From NCBI GenBank assembly GCA_963784355.1, contig CAWAQU010000011.1, forward strand, positions 1 through 29,995: a stretch of 29,995 bases of DNA. Reading direction: 5' to 3'. The DNA is from an uncultured bacterium (GTDB lineage: Bacteria > Patescibacteriota > JACMRA01). Below, one piece after another: positions 6,820 through 16,696 of the stretch. The notes beneath the pieces are model-generated. The model ran no database searches. It worked only from the letters and a program-made list of their open reading frames with translations, and had not been told where the DNA came from. Position 1 is the first letter of the stretch; each line of letters starts with the position of its first letter. The translations under genes and the position numbers were made by a program.

Positions 6820-7992
6820 ATGTCTGAAGTAAAAGAAGTACAGCCGACAATGGCTGACCTTTTAAAACGTGTTGCTAATACTACCGAACTAAATATCGGA
6901 GATCAAATATCAGGAAAAGTTATATTTGTAGCTAAAAATGAAGTTCTACTTGATATCGAAAATGTTGGTTTAGGTATAGTTAGAGGCCGCGAATTATATA
7001 ATGAAGAATATCTTTCAAGATTGAAAGTAGGCGAAACGATCGAAGCCATTATACTTGATCTGGATAATGAATTGGGTATGGCAGAAATGAGTTTCAGAGC
7101 AATAGGTAGAGATAAAATCTGGAGTGAGATCAAAGAAGCTTATGATGCAGGTGTACCTATCGAAGCAAAAATTCGAGATGCAAACAGAGGTGGCTTTTTA
7201 GTTAAAGTACATGGTATAGATGGATTTTTACCAGCATCTTTATTAGCTCCTACCCATGCAATTAAGCAAGTTGGGGTTGAAGATAAAAGCCTTTTGAATC
7301 AAATGAAAAAATACATTGGCCAAATATTCAATGTAAAAATCATAAGTATAAATCCTGAAGCTGACACACTGATTGTATCAGAGAAATCTGTAAGTGATGA
7401 AATTGCTCAAGTTAAACTTAGAAAATATAAAGTTGGTGATATTGTAGAAGCTACTATAGTTGGGGCAGTTGACTTTGGATTGTTTGTTAGATTTGATAGC
7501 GATTTAGAAGGGCTTATTCATATCTCTGAAATTGCTTGGAAAAAGGTGGAAGATCCTAGACAAGGCAATAAAGTAGGCGATAAAGTACAAGCTAAAATAG
7601 TTGAAATTGATAAAGATAACAGAATAAACCTCTCAATAAAACAACTTTTACCAAATCCTTGGATCGAATTTTCAAAAACTACTAAACCTGGAAGTAAATT
7701 TGTCGGAAAGGTAAGTAAAATAGTTTCATATGGAGCTATAGTTGTAAATGATGATGATATACAAGGTCTTTGTCACATTACTCAAATTAGCGAAACTCCA
7801 TTGGAGAGCCCAGCTAAAATACACGAAGTTTTAAAGCTTGGTGAAGTGAGAGAATTTACTGTTTTAGGCATTGACGCTGAAGAAAAACTATATCTGACTT
7901 TGTTAGATTTTGAAAAAGCTAGAGAAATTCAAGACACTTTAGTACAAAAGCAAAGAGAAAAACAAGATGTTAAAGAAGATACAGAGGAATAA
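6820..7992 (+). CDS. rpsA: 30S ribosomal protein S1 (four S1 domains)
   Basis: Four S1/OB repeats (ANRGGFLVKVHGIDGFLPAS; DFGLFVRFDSDLEGLIHISEIAW; SYGAIV...GLCHITQIS). Confidence 0.9.
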   Translation: MSEVKEVQPTMADLLKRVANTTELNIGDQISGKVIFVAKNEVLLDIENVGLGIVRGRELYNEEYLSRLKVGETIEAIILDLDNELGMAEMSFRAIGRDKIWSEIKEAYDAGVPIEAKIRDANRGGFLVKVHGIDGFLPASLLAPTHAIKQVGVEDKSLLNQMKKYIGQIFNVKIISINPEADTLIVSEKSVSDEIAQVKLRKYKVGDIVEATIVGAVDFGLFVRFDSDLEGLIHISEIAWKKVEDPRQGNKVGDKVQAKIVEIDKDNRINLSIKQLLPNPWIEFSKTTKPGSKFVGKVSKIVSYGAIVVNDDDIQGLCHITQISETPLESPAKIHEVLKLGEVREFTVLGIDAEEKLYLTLLDFEKAREIQDTLVQKQREKQDVKEDTEE

Positions 7993-8047
7993 TTAAAAAT
8001 CTTATTGTAGCTGCACTAAAACGTAGCAATTGAAATTATACTTAGCT

Positions 8048-9622
8048 ATGGATCCAAAAAAACCTATTATTTCCAAACTCCAATATCTTAAAATGGGTAA
8101 TGGTAACGACAATGATACAAATAATAGTAAAACATCTAGTAGCTCATTTAATAATAAATCTTCTGATCGGGTAGCGTATTCCGTAAAATCTACAGAAAGT
8201 AGCAGCACTCAAAGCTCTAATCAACTGAACCCTCACTCTAATAAAAAAATAGAATATTCTTCTAGTCCCCATGAGAGTGAGAGTGGATTTAATGTTCCTG
8301 GCTTTTTACGAAAAGCTTTTGTCCAAGATAAGGATCAGAGTCAAGATATTGCTGAAAAAACAATACAGCCTGCTGTTGAAAATGGTGATCAGAAGTTTTT
8401 ACCATACACCCCTGAATACAATTTTGGGCAAGAACCGGTGAATAATTTTAGCTCAGTATTTAATAATGATCATCAAAAGGTTTTTGGAATACAAAGAGTG
8501 TTTAAGAAATCAATCACGTTTTTAATACTTCACTTCATAAGCTTTTTCTTATTGGTAATTGCAAGTATAAATTTGTTTAACCTAAATATACTGCTAAGCT
8601 TATTTGTAAGTGTTTTATACATAGCTATAACAAACATATTTTATATTGTTGTTGCTGACAAAAACTATGTTTATCTAAATATACTAGCTCAGGGTATTAT
8701 ATTATTAATAGTTCATGCTTTTCTAGGCCTGAGTTTTGATAAAATTACGTTATTATTTACTTTAATTTCATTAATTCTGTTATATTTTGCATATAATGAA
8801 TTGGAAAAAATACAGTTAGGCAGTAGATTATTTTCTATTGCTCATATAACTTCGGAAAGTACGAGAATTATTTCTACAGTGGTTATTTTGATACTTTGCT
8901 TAGGAGTTTTCAATAAAGCTATTTTTGTAAGTCCTGAAAATTTTGTTTTAAACTCTTTTTTAGATAAACCTCTAGTATTAAATGATTTGGTTATAGGCAA
9001 ATACAAAAACTTATCTCTAAACAGATTTTTGATGAAGGGTAAGTTTTATACAGAGGCAGGGGTAGTAAAAAGTGACACTGTGAAACCAGATAAAAATAGG
9101 ACTAACTTACTATTTTCTGACTTCTTAACTTATAATTATAAACCTCAAGAGGAAATAGTGACGCAAGAACGACAGGATGAACTTTATGCTAATTGTGATA
9201 AAAAAGTAGTTAAAAATTGTGATACTTTGATTGATGCTGAAAGAGAGAAAAATCTTGATGCTTGGCGCAAAGAAGGGTATTCAAATTTACCTTACACACT
9301 TAATACTGAATTGACTCCAACCAGATTCCAAGAGATTACTAAACAGTATTATGTAAATGAAATAAAAAGATTTAGTGAGAGTAACAAAAAATCTGAGGCA
9401 AATGATGTAGTGGATAATTTGTCTAAATGGCTGATAATGCCAAAAACTTATATTTTACCTGCTGTAATAGCAGTAGTGCTATTTATACTCCTTAGTATAA
9501 TTAAGCCTATATTGCAGTGGTTAGCTTATTTAGCTGCTCTATTGATTTGGAGAATTTTAAAATGGGTAGGTTTCGCTAGAATTGATGTTGAACAAGTAGA
9601 AGCCGAGATTGTAAGTATTTAA
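8048..9622 (+). CDS. multi-pass membrane protein of unknown function
   Basis: Ser/Asn-rich disordered N-terminus, ~5 TM helices, a soluble loop with a Cys pair, C-terminal TM segments; the ATG at 8048 is preferred over the TTG at 8030. Confidence 0.8.
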   Translation: MDPKKPIISKLQYLKMGNGNDNDTNNSKTSSSSFNNKSSDRVAYSVKSTESSSTQSSNQLNPHSNKKIEYSSSPHESESGFNVPGFLRKAFVQDKDQSQDIAEKTIQPAVENGDQKFLPYTPEYNFGQEPVNNFSSVFNNDHQKVFGIQRVFKKSITFLILHFISFFLLVIASINLFNLNILLSLFVSVLYIAITNIFYIVVADKNYVYLNILAQGIILLIVHAFLGLSFDKITLLFTLISLILLYFAYNELEKIQLGSRLFSIAHITSESTRIISTVVILILCLGVFNKAIFVSPENFVLNSFLDKPLVLNDLVIGKYKNLSLNRFLMKGKFYTEAGVVKSDTVKPDKNRTNLLFSDFLTYNYKPQEEIVTQERQDELYANCDKKVVKNCDTLIDAEREKNLDAWRKEGYSNLPYTLNTELTPTRFQEITKQYYVNEIKRFSESNKKSEANDVVDNLSKWLIMPKTYILPAVIAVVLFILLSIIKPILQWLAYLAALLIWRILKWVGFARIDVEQVEAEIVSI

Positions 9623-9736
9623 ATTCATCTCACTACACTTTTAGAAGTAAAAATTATTAACTAAAAATCTGACTACTGAGAATTTATTGACAATATTAGC
9701 TACTAAATCTAGACATAAGTAATAAAAATAAAAGAT

Positions 9737-9952
9737 ATGTTTAAGATTAAAAATGAAGTGAGACTAAAAAAAAATTTACCCGAAAAAAATTTACCTGCCG
9801 GAGCTATTGGGGTAATTTTGCATATTTATCTTGGTATTAAAGATGGTCTTAGAAGCTATAAAGTGCAGTTTCAAAATAAAGATTTTAGCTCCATTGAAGT
9901 GGTTATAGGTGAAAATTTTTTAGAGGAGACCGGTAAGCCTATCAATATTTAA
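9737..9952 (+). CDS. DUF4926-like small SH3-barrel protein
   Basis: EVRLKKNLPEKNLPAGAIGVILHIY...YKVQF fits the DUF4926 pattern (DxVxL..DLP..GL.AG..GTIV.VY...YEVEF). Confidence 0.7.
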   Translation: MFKIKNEVRLKKNLPEKNLPAGAIGVILHIYLGIKDGLRSYKVQFQNKDFSSIEVVIGENFLEETGKPINI

Positions 9953-10055
9953 ATTAAATTCATTTTTGGAATTAAGTCCTTATTGACTTTCTATTTATGT
10001 GAGTTTGACAACACCAATCTAATTGCTTTAACTCAAGATAATATTAAGATCTATT

Positions 10056-10499
10056 GTGATGTTAGGTTCATATCGAGATCGTAGTCGATTAATTAAAAAA
10101 GTTATTTTCTGGGCTGTTATAACTGGAGGTGTTTTGGCCCTACTTTTTGTACAGACTGTTGCAAGAGCCGACACAAAACCTATAGATCCATGTGATGAAC
10201 TGGGTGGGTGTATAACAGGAATACAAAACTATAGCAATGCTAAAACGAGTCAAGAAAACATAGTTTCTTTTGTACTTACAATCTCAAGATTCTTGATATA
10301 TCTTGCTGGTGCTATTGCAGTACTTTATATCGTGCTTGGTGGTTACTATATGATAACAAGTAATGGTAATGATGCAGGGTATAAAAAAGGTTTAAATACT
10401 CTACTGTATGCCATTTTAGGTCTTATTGTAGCCATAATATCTGTAACTATAGTAAATATAATTAGTGGTTTAGCAACTACAGATTTGAAAATTTTCTAA
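10056..10499 (+). CDS. CPR-type pilin (VirB2/TrbC-like)
   Basis: Signal-like N-terminus, Cys pair, then LAGAIAVLYIVLGGYYMITSNGN...KKGLNTLLYAILGLIV two-TM hairpin. Confidence 0.85.
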   Translation: MMLGSYRDRSRLIKKVIFWAVITGGVLALLFVQTVARADTKPIDPCDELGGCITGIQNYSNAKTSQENIVSFVLTISRFLIYLAGAIAVLYIVLGGYYMITSNGNDAGYKKGLNTLLYAILGLIVAIISVTIVNIISGLATTDLKIF

Positions 10500-10547
10500 T
10501 TTAGACTCTTGACAAGGCAAGTAAATTACTTCATAAATTTTGTATTC

Positions 10548-10638
10548 GGTGAGGTGGCTGAGTGGTCGAAAGCGATTCACTGCTAACGAGTTGTCCCCTA
10601 AATCAGGACCCTGGGTTCGAATCCCAGCCTCACCGCCA
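10548..10638 (+). tRNA. tRNA-Ser(GCT)
   Basis: Acceptor GGTGAGG/CCTCACC, G discriminator and encoded CCA; anticodon loop CT-GCT-AA; long variable arm; T-arm CTGGG-TTCGAAT-CCCAG; TTGACA upstream at 10509. Confidence 0.96.
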
Positions 10639-10644
10639 TAAAAT

Positions 10645-11310
10645 ATGAAAATAAAAGATTTACACCCGGTTGATAGGCCAAGAGAAAAACTTATCAAATT
10701 GGGTGCAAGTAGATTAACAAACCAGGAACTTATTGCAATTCTTATAAATACTGGAATAAAGGGGAAAAGTGCATTGGAGATAGCAAATCAAATATTAAAA
10801 AAATATTCAGTTAAAGAATTTTTAGAGTTGGATTATAGTTCGCTTATCCAAATAGCTGGTATCAACGAAGCAAAAGCTTGTAAGATCTTAGCCGTAAAAG
10901 AACTAGTAGATAGAGATAAAAAAAGTGCAAACAAACCCTTAGAGGTCAATTCACCGGAAATAGCAGCCGGTTTTTTTCATGAAATCAAAAATTTAAAAAA
11001 AGAGCATTTTTTGGTACTCTATTTAAATATTCATAATGAGCTAATATGGAAAGAGATTATTTCAGTTGGAATATTAGACTCAGTACCAATTCATCCTAGA
11101 GAAATTTTTGAACCTGCCATTAGATATTTGGCTTCATCAGTTATCATTGGTCATAACCATCCTTCTGGAGATGTAAATCCATCAACTGCAGATTTAAATA
11201 TTACCAAACAAATTGCAGCAGCGGGGGATATTATAGGTATTGAAGTTGTGGATCATATAATTGTAAGCAAAGATAATTTTTTTAGTTTTAAAAATCACAA
11301 TCTCTTTTAA
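10645..11310 (+). CDS. radC: RadC family JAB-domain protein
   Basis: DRPREKL..LGA..LT..ELIAILI.TG, HPREIF, HNHPSGD..PS.AD, VVDHIIV. Confidence 0.95.
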   Translation: MKIKDLHPVDRPREKLIKLGASRLTNQELIAILINTGIKGKSALEIANQILKKYSVKEFLELDYSSLIQIAGINEAKACKILAVKELVDRDKKSANKPLEVNSPEIAAGFFHEIKNLKKEHFLVLYLNIHNELIWKEIISVGILDSVPIHPREIFEPAIRYLASSVIIGHNHPSGDVNPSTADLNITKQIAAAGDIIGIEVVDHIIVSKDNFFSFKNHNLF

Positions 11311-11380
11311 GCTGACCTTGACAGTATATTAGTTTTATATCTGCCCTTAGTATAGTAGATAAAAATTAAAAAAATATTGT

Positions 11381-12715
11381 ATGGCTATAAAATTAAATGA
11401 GAAATTTAAACTTACAGAATTATTAAAAAATACTAAATTTAAAAAAAGAGTAATATTATCAGCTCTAGGTATAATTACTGGACTCGGAATAATCGGATTT
11501 TTGTTTAGTCCGTTTAATCCCACTCAAGCTGAAGCTGCAAGTAGCTTTTGTTTTGATAATATGAATTGTATTGGGACTAACTATGTTTCCAGAATTGAAA
11601 ATTTAAATGACTCAGGGTATATTTGCTCTTGGGCCTATGACGCTTCAAATAGAAACAATCAATTGAAAATTAAGTTTTACATAGATGGTCAACCAATTGA
11701 TTTAAGTTACGGAGAAACTCGTTTAGATCCAAGAAACAATGATTATTCTTGTTCTAATCAATATCAAAATAACTCATTTGTGTATGTAGTTCCTGAACAA
11801 TATCAAGATAATAGAAACCATAATTTTTACTTTTGTGTAATAGATGAGCAAAAAACTTGTTATCGTTCGAGCAATACAATAAATTTTAATTCGCAAAACT
11901 TTTCCAATCAAAGTAATAACCAAATCTACAGTCAAAACCAGAATTACAATCAATATAACGGCAATTACTTCGACAACTATACAACAAATTTAGATGATAT
12001 AAGAGTGGTTGACCAATATGGCTCATTTGAAATTATGGGTTATGCCAAAAGTCAATCAAGCAATGAAACAGCAAGAATAGAGTTTTATTCAAATGGTGAG
12101 AGGTTTAGAGGTGGAAGATTGATAGGGAATACTACTGTTGATTTTAGTGGCAGATTTAATGCCAGATTTAATAGGGATATTTTAGGTGATCAAAATGCAG
12201 TAAGGATTTATGCATATGTTGTGGTAAATAATGATTATGCAATAATTAACGGCTCACCAAAATACTTTGAGGTTCCTAGAAACCAAACAAACACAAATGT
12301 AATTCAACCTCAGCAAGATATTTATGTAGATACTATAGAAACTTCTTCTCAGCAAAATACAAATTCTCAAGCACAGCAGACTCAGACAAGTACAAATCAA
12401 AGTCAAATTGCAAGTCAGCAACAAAGCCAACAAACGACTAGTCAAACTCAAGATAAAGAAGAATTGAGTCAAGATAACCCATGGCTTTCGGGAAATAAAA
12501 AGCTTAGTTATGAAAATGAAGACCCAAAATATATTGATTTAGATGGTGATAGCAATCTTGCAAAAATTGTAAGTAAACACGCTAACTGTATTGGAACACA
12601 GATGGGTAGTAGTGAACAATTGGATACTCTTAGAAGACAAGGAGTTATTTATAGAAATGGTGGTGAATGGTATTTTAATGGTAGTAGGGCAGCTCAAGCA
12701 GTGAGCAGTTGCTAA
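11381..12715 (+). CDS. secreted/surface protein with two beta-rich repeats and Q/N/T/S-rich linkers
   Basis: N-terminal hydrophobic segment ending AEA; repeated (W/Y)A...(K/E)FY.(D/N)G modules; low-complexity SQQQSQQTT tract. Confidence 0.75.
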   Translation: MAIKLNEKFKLTELLKNTKFKKRVILSALGIITGLGIIGFLFSPFNPTQAEAASSFCFDNMNCIGTNYVSRIENLNDSGYICSWAYDASNRNNQLKIKFYIDGQPIDLSYGETRLDPRNNDYSCSNQYQNNSFVYVVPEQYQDNRNHNFYFCVIDEQKTCYRSSNTINFNSQNFSNQSNNQIYSQNQNYNQYNGNYFDNYTTNLDDIRVVDQYGSFEIMGYAKSQSSNETARIEFYSNGERFRGGRLIGNTTVDFSGRFNARFNRDILGDQNAVRIYAYVVVNNDYAIINGSPKYFEVPRNQTNTNVIQPQQDIYVDTIETSSQQNTNSQAQQTQTSTNQSQIASQQQSQQTTSQTQDKEELSQDNPWLSGNKKLSYENEDPKYIDLDGDSNLAKIVSKHANCIGTQMGSSEQLDTLRRQGVIYRNGGEWYFNGSRAAQAVSSC

Positions 12716-12759
12716 TTTTAATTAATGATATTTAGCTAGAAAGTTATAGTTCGATAATT

Positions 12760-12783
12760 CCCGGGTTTAGTACTCGGGTTTTT
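12760..12783 (+). terminator. intrinsic terminator
   Basis: CCCGGGT-TTAGT-ACTCGGG hairpin followed by TTTTT. Confidence 0.75.
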
Positions 12784-12823
12784 AATTTGCTAATAACCTT
12801 AATTTATTAAAATATTAATCAAT

Positions 12824-13564
12824 ATGAAAAAACTTGTTGAAAAATCCAGCGAACGAGGCCATTTTAATTTCAATTGGCTTGATACTCATCATTCATTCAG
12901 TTTTGGGTCTTATTTTAATCGTGAGAAAATGGGATTCGGAGCTTTACGAGTACTAAATGATGACACAATTATGGCTGGGGCCGGCTTTGGTACACATCCT
13001 CATGAAGATATGGAAATTATCACTATACCCTTATCAGGTGTGTTGAATCATAAAGATAGTACAGGAACAGAGGGCAATATAGTTAGCGGCGACGTACAGG
13101 TAATGTCTGCAGGTACAGGTATTTTTCACTCGGAGTATAATGGTTCTGATAAAGATCCTGTTAGCTTGCTACAGATATGGATTTTACCTGAAAAATATGG
13201 AATCCAACCACGTTATGATCAGAAAAATTTTAATATCAGCAGTAGCTTGAATCAATTTAAAACTGTTGTTACCGGAGATTTAGATAAATTTATGGATATG
13301 GATCCTACAGAAAAACCCCTATGGATTAATCAAAAAGCTTATTTGTCACTAGCTAAAATTGAGCAAGGTAAAAAGATAAATTATAGCATAAATGATATAA
13401 ATAACGGAGCGTATTTTTTCTTGATTGAAGGAAAAGTAAATATTGATGATCAGAATTTAGAAGCTAGAGACAGTTTGTCTGTTTATGAATTTGACGATAA
13501 TACAGAAATTGAGATTGAAGCTCTAGACTACAGCTATTTGCTAGCAATTGAAGTGCCTATGTAG
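12824..13564 (+). CDS. pirin family protein (YhhW-like)
   Basis: WLDTHHSFSFG, FGALRVLNDD, GFGTHPHEDMEI, VQVMSAGTGIFHSE, LLQIWI. Confidence 0.95.
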   Translation: MKKLVEKSSERGHFNFNWLDTHHSFSFGSYFNREKMGFGALRVLNDDTIMAGAGFGTHPHEDMEIITIPLSGVLNHKDSTGTEGNIVSGDVQVMSAGTGIFHSEYNGSDKDPVSLLQIWILPEKYGIQPRYDQKNFNISSSLNQFKTVVTGDLDKFMDMDPTEKPLWINQKAYLSLAKIEQGKKINYSINDINNGAYFFLIEGKVNIDDQNLEARDSLSVYEFDDNTEIEIEALDYSYLLAIEVPM

Positions 13565-13677
13565 TAGCTAATTTGCACCAATAAACCAAAATTAAATAAA
13601 TAAACGGGATTTGGTTATACCAAAATAATTGTAACTCTCAAGATTAAATTAATATATAGAGCCGTTCAAATATTTGC

Positions 13678-13706
13678 TTGACAAAATCTCATATATGATA
13701 TATTTT
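13678..13706 (+). promoter_or_regulatory. promoter of the murA-murC operon containing a palindromic candidate operator
   Basis: TTGACA (13678), 17-nt spacer, TATTTT; the spacer holds ATCTCATATATGATAT with a perfect core TCATATATGA (13689-13698). Confidence 0.6.
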
Positions 13707-13736
13707 GCTAAAACTTGAATTTAAACTTTATTACTT

Positions 13737-15257
13737 GTGACTGAATTAACAGAAAGGCAGAAAATTGGCCAATTTATAGCAAATTTAAGAGAGCAAAAAG
13801 GACTTACCCAAGGGGATTTAGCAAGTAGATTAGATACATCTCAAAGTACAATTGCCAGAATAGAAAATGGTGAACAAAATTTCACAACAGATACACTCTT
13901 AAAAATTAGTCAAGCTCTAAATCACAAAATTATTGAACTAGCTGATAACTCAATTGATTTTCAAATTACCGGCGGGCACCAATTATCCGGGGAAATCACT
14001 ACCAATCGTTCTAAAAATGGGGCCATGGGTTTGCTATGTGCCAGTTTACTAAATCAAGGTAGGACAGTGCTCCATGGTATACCTAGAATTGAAGAGGTAA
14101 ATAGAATTATTGAGGTTATGGAAAGTATCGGGGTGAGCATACGCTGGGTAGACCATAACACCTTAGAAATACAACCGCCAAAAGAATTGGACCTTGATAG
14201 TATAGATGTTAAATCTGCTTCTAAAACACGCACCATAATCATGTTTATGGGTCCTTTGATTCATTTATTTAAGAATTTTAGCTTACCCCACTCGGCGGGT
14301 TGCAGTTTAGGTAAGAGAAGTATCAGTACTCATCTTTATGGACTCGAAAAAATGGGAGTAAAAATCAAAGTAACTCAAAATAGTTATGATGTGAGTGTAG
14401 GAAATTTGAAACCTTGTGAGATTATAATGTTTGAAGCCGGAGATACTCCAACGGAAAATTTATTAATGGCAGCTAGCAAAATTCCCGGAAAAACTATTAT
14501 TAAATACGCTTCTTCCAACTATATGGTCCAGGATGTATGTTTTTTCCTCCAAAGACTAGGGGTTAAAATAGAGGGGATCGGTTCACCGACTCTTACAGTT
14601 TACGGTGTAGAAAGTATTAAGCAAAATATAGAACATTACAATAGCGAGGATCCTATTGAGAGTATGATGTTTTTGAGTAGTGCTATTACAACAAACTCAA
14701 GTATTACAATCAAGGCAGCTCCAATTGATTTTCTTGAACTAGAATTATTGAAATTGGAGAAAATGGGCTTTAAGTACAAAATGAGTAAGAAGTATAAATC
14801 AGCTAACGGATTTACGGATTTGGTGGATATTACCACTTACCCTTCTGTTTTGAAAGCTTTGGATGACAAGATTACTTGTGGTGCTTACCCGGATATCAAC
14901 ATGGACAATTTACCGTTTTTCGTGCCAATTGCTACTCAGGCAAAAGGTACTAGTTTGATCCATGACTGGGCTTATGAGGATAGGGCAACTTCATTTTTGG
15001 AAATGCGTCGTTTAGGAGCTAAAATTAATTTGGCTGATCCGCATAGAGTTTTTATTGAAGGTCCTACAATTTTGTCACCAGCTCAGGTAGTTGCTCCTCC
15101 AATCATTCGTTCAGCTATGATAATACTGATTGGCATGCTTGCTGCAGACGGCACTTCCATTTTACGCAACGTGTATTCAATTAGACGTGGTTATGAAGAT
15201 ATTGCCAATCGTTTGAATAGCCTGGGCGCAAAAATCAAAGTTTTGAAGGATATTTAA
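13737..15257 (+). CDS. murA: UDP-N-acetylglucosamine 1-carboxyvinyltransferase with N-terminal XRE HTH
   Basis: LREQKGLTQGDLASRLDTSQSTIARIENGEQN (XRE HTH), then an enolpyruvyl transferase with SKN, catalytic loop AGCSLGKR and IRRGYE. Confidence 0.93.
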   Translation: MTELTERQKIGQFIANLREQKGLTQGDLASRLDTSQSTIARIENGEQNFTTDTLLKISQALNHKIIELADNSIDFQITGGHQLSGEITTNRSKNGAMGLLCASLLNQGRTVLHGIPRIEEVNRIIEVMESIGVSIRWVDHNTLEIQPPKELDLDSIDVKSASKTRTIIMFMGPLIHLFKNFSLPHSAGCSLGKRSISTHLYGLEKMGVKIKVTQNSYDVSVGNLKPCEIIMFEAGDTPTENLLMAASKIPGKTIIKYASSNYMVQDVCFFLQRLGVKIEGIGSPTLTVYGVESIKQNIEHYNSEDPIESMMFLSSAITTNSSITIKAAPIDFLELELLKLEKMGFKYKMSKKYKSANGFTDLVDITTYPSVLKALDDKITCGAYPDINMDNLPFFVPIATQAKGTSLIHDWAYEDRATSFLEMRRLGAKINLADPHRVFIEGPTILSPAQVVAPPIIRSAMIILIGMLAADGTSILRNVYSIRRGYEDIANRLNSLGAKIKVLKDI

Positions 15258-15264
15258 TCTTAAT

Positions 15265-16560
15265 ATGCATATATATATTTCAGGAATCGGTGGGGCAGGG
15301 TTGTCTGCTTTGGCTAATCTGTGTTTGGATTTAGGTTATACTGTTTCAGGCTCTGATATGCAGTCTAATGAAAACACCTTAAATTTAGAGCTAAAAGGGG
15401 TTAAAATTGCTTATGCTCAGACAAGGGAAAATATAGAAGAGATTAATCAGAAATTGAAAATTGATCGGTTTGTACATACACCACCAGTAAAAAAAGGTCA
15501 TCCTGAGTTTGATTTTTGTGTAGAAAATGGGATACTATTAGGTAAACAAAACTTTTTGGTAAATTTTATTCTAGAACAAAATAATCTAAAATTAATTGCA
15601 GTATCTGGTACTCACGGAAAAACCACAACCACTTCGATGCTAATTTGGTTGTTTAAAAAACTTGCTCTTCCGGTTTCTTACGTTGTAGGTACTAATCTTA
15701 GTTTTGGAAATTCAGGAGCCTACGAAAAAGGCAGCCAATTTTTAATCTACGAAGCTGATGAATATGATAAAAAGTTTTTGGACTTAAGGCCCTATATTTC
15801 GATTATTACGAGTCTAGACTACGACCATCCCGACACTTATCCCACACAAGCTGATTATTTTACAAGCTTTGAGCAATTTATCAAACAAACGACCGATTTA
15901 GTTTGTATGTGGCAGGAGGATAGCGTCAAGCTCGAAATGCAGCAAATCGGACCAAAACCAAAAATCTATGCACCGGATGATTCAATCGAACCCAATGTAA
16001 CTTATTTAAACAATATTCAGCTAAAAGGCTTGCATAATCGTAAAAATGCTTTTTTGGCTATTAGCGCGCTAAGTTTTGCCTTAAGAGAAAATTCGGAAAA
16101 AATGGGTGAAATAATTGGTACATTTCCGGGATCACAGAGAAGAATGGAAAAAGTAAGTGAAAATTTATACTCTGATTATGCTCATCATCCTGTTGAAATT
16201 AGAGCGACTTTACAATCAGTAAAAGAAATAGCAACTAGTAATCAGAAAATTGTAGTAATTTATCAACCCCATCAAAATGCAAGACAGTATGAGATTTTAC
16301 AAGAGTACAGGGATTGTTTTGAAAATGCAGATAAAATTTATTGGCTACCGACATATCTAACCAGAGAAAATCCCAATTTACCGATCTTAAAACCTGAGGA
16401 AATAATTGCTAATTTAATTGATTCTGATAAAGCTGTTGTGGCTGAAATGGATGATAACCTCGTGCAAGATATTGAATTGGAATTAAAAGCTGGTCATCTA
16501 GTGGTATTCATGGGAGCAGGAACAATAGATCAGTGGGCTCGAGACAGTTTGTTGAGCTAA
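15265..16560 (+). CDS. murC: UDP-N-acetylmuramate--L-alanine ligase
   Basis: GIGGAGLSALA, GTHGKTTT, EADEYD, DYAHHP, YQPH, MGAG. Confidence 0.93.
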   Translation: MHIYISGIGGAGLSALANLCLDLGYTVSGSDMQSNENTLNLELKGVKIAYAQTRENIEEINQKLKIDRFVHTPPVKKGHPEFDFCVENGILLGKQNFLVNFILEQNNLKLIAVSGTHGKTTTTSMLIWLFKKLALPVSYVVGTNLSFGNSGAYEKGSQFLIYEADEYDKKFLDLRPYISIITSLDYDHPDTYPTQADYFTSFEQFIKQTTDLVCMWQEDSVKLEMQQIGPKPKIYAPDDSIEPNVTYLNNIQLKGLHNRKNAFLAISALSFALRENSEKMGEIIGTFPGSQRRMEKVSENLYSDYAHHPVEIRATLQSVKEIATSNQKIVVIYQPHQNARQYEILQEYRDCFENADKIYWLPTYLTRENPNLPILKPEEIIANLIDSDKAVVAEMDDNLVQDIELELKAGHLVVFMGAGTIDQWARDSLLS

Positions 16561-16696
16561 TCTTGAGAGCTATTTTTTTTGAAATAATTAGCATTTTCGG
16601 CCACTATTGACTTATAAAAACAACTGATTAATACTAGATTTAGTGATTAAAATATTCTTAATTGTCTAATATTATAAATATTGTGGAGTCGAAAAA

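Noticed and set aside
10470-10697. Minus-strand 75-aa ORF
   Set aside because: It is the antisense reading of tRNA-Ser
10548-11310. tRNA plus radC as an integrated-element boundary
   Set aside because: No integrase and no duplicated tRNA 3' end in the window; radC is the full-length chromosomal type
13582-13617. AACCAAA...TTTGGTT inverted repeat after pirin
   Set aside because: Short AT-rich stem with a large loop and no clear U-tract; too weak to call
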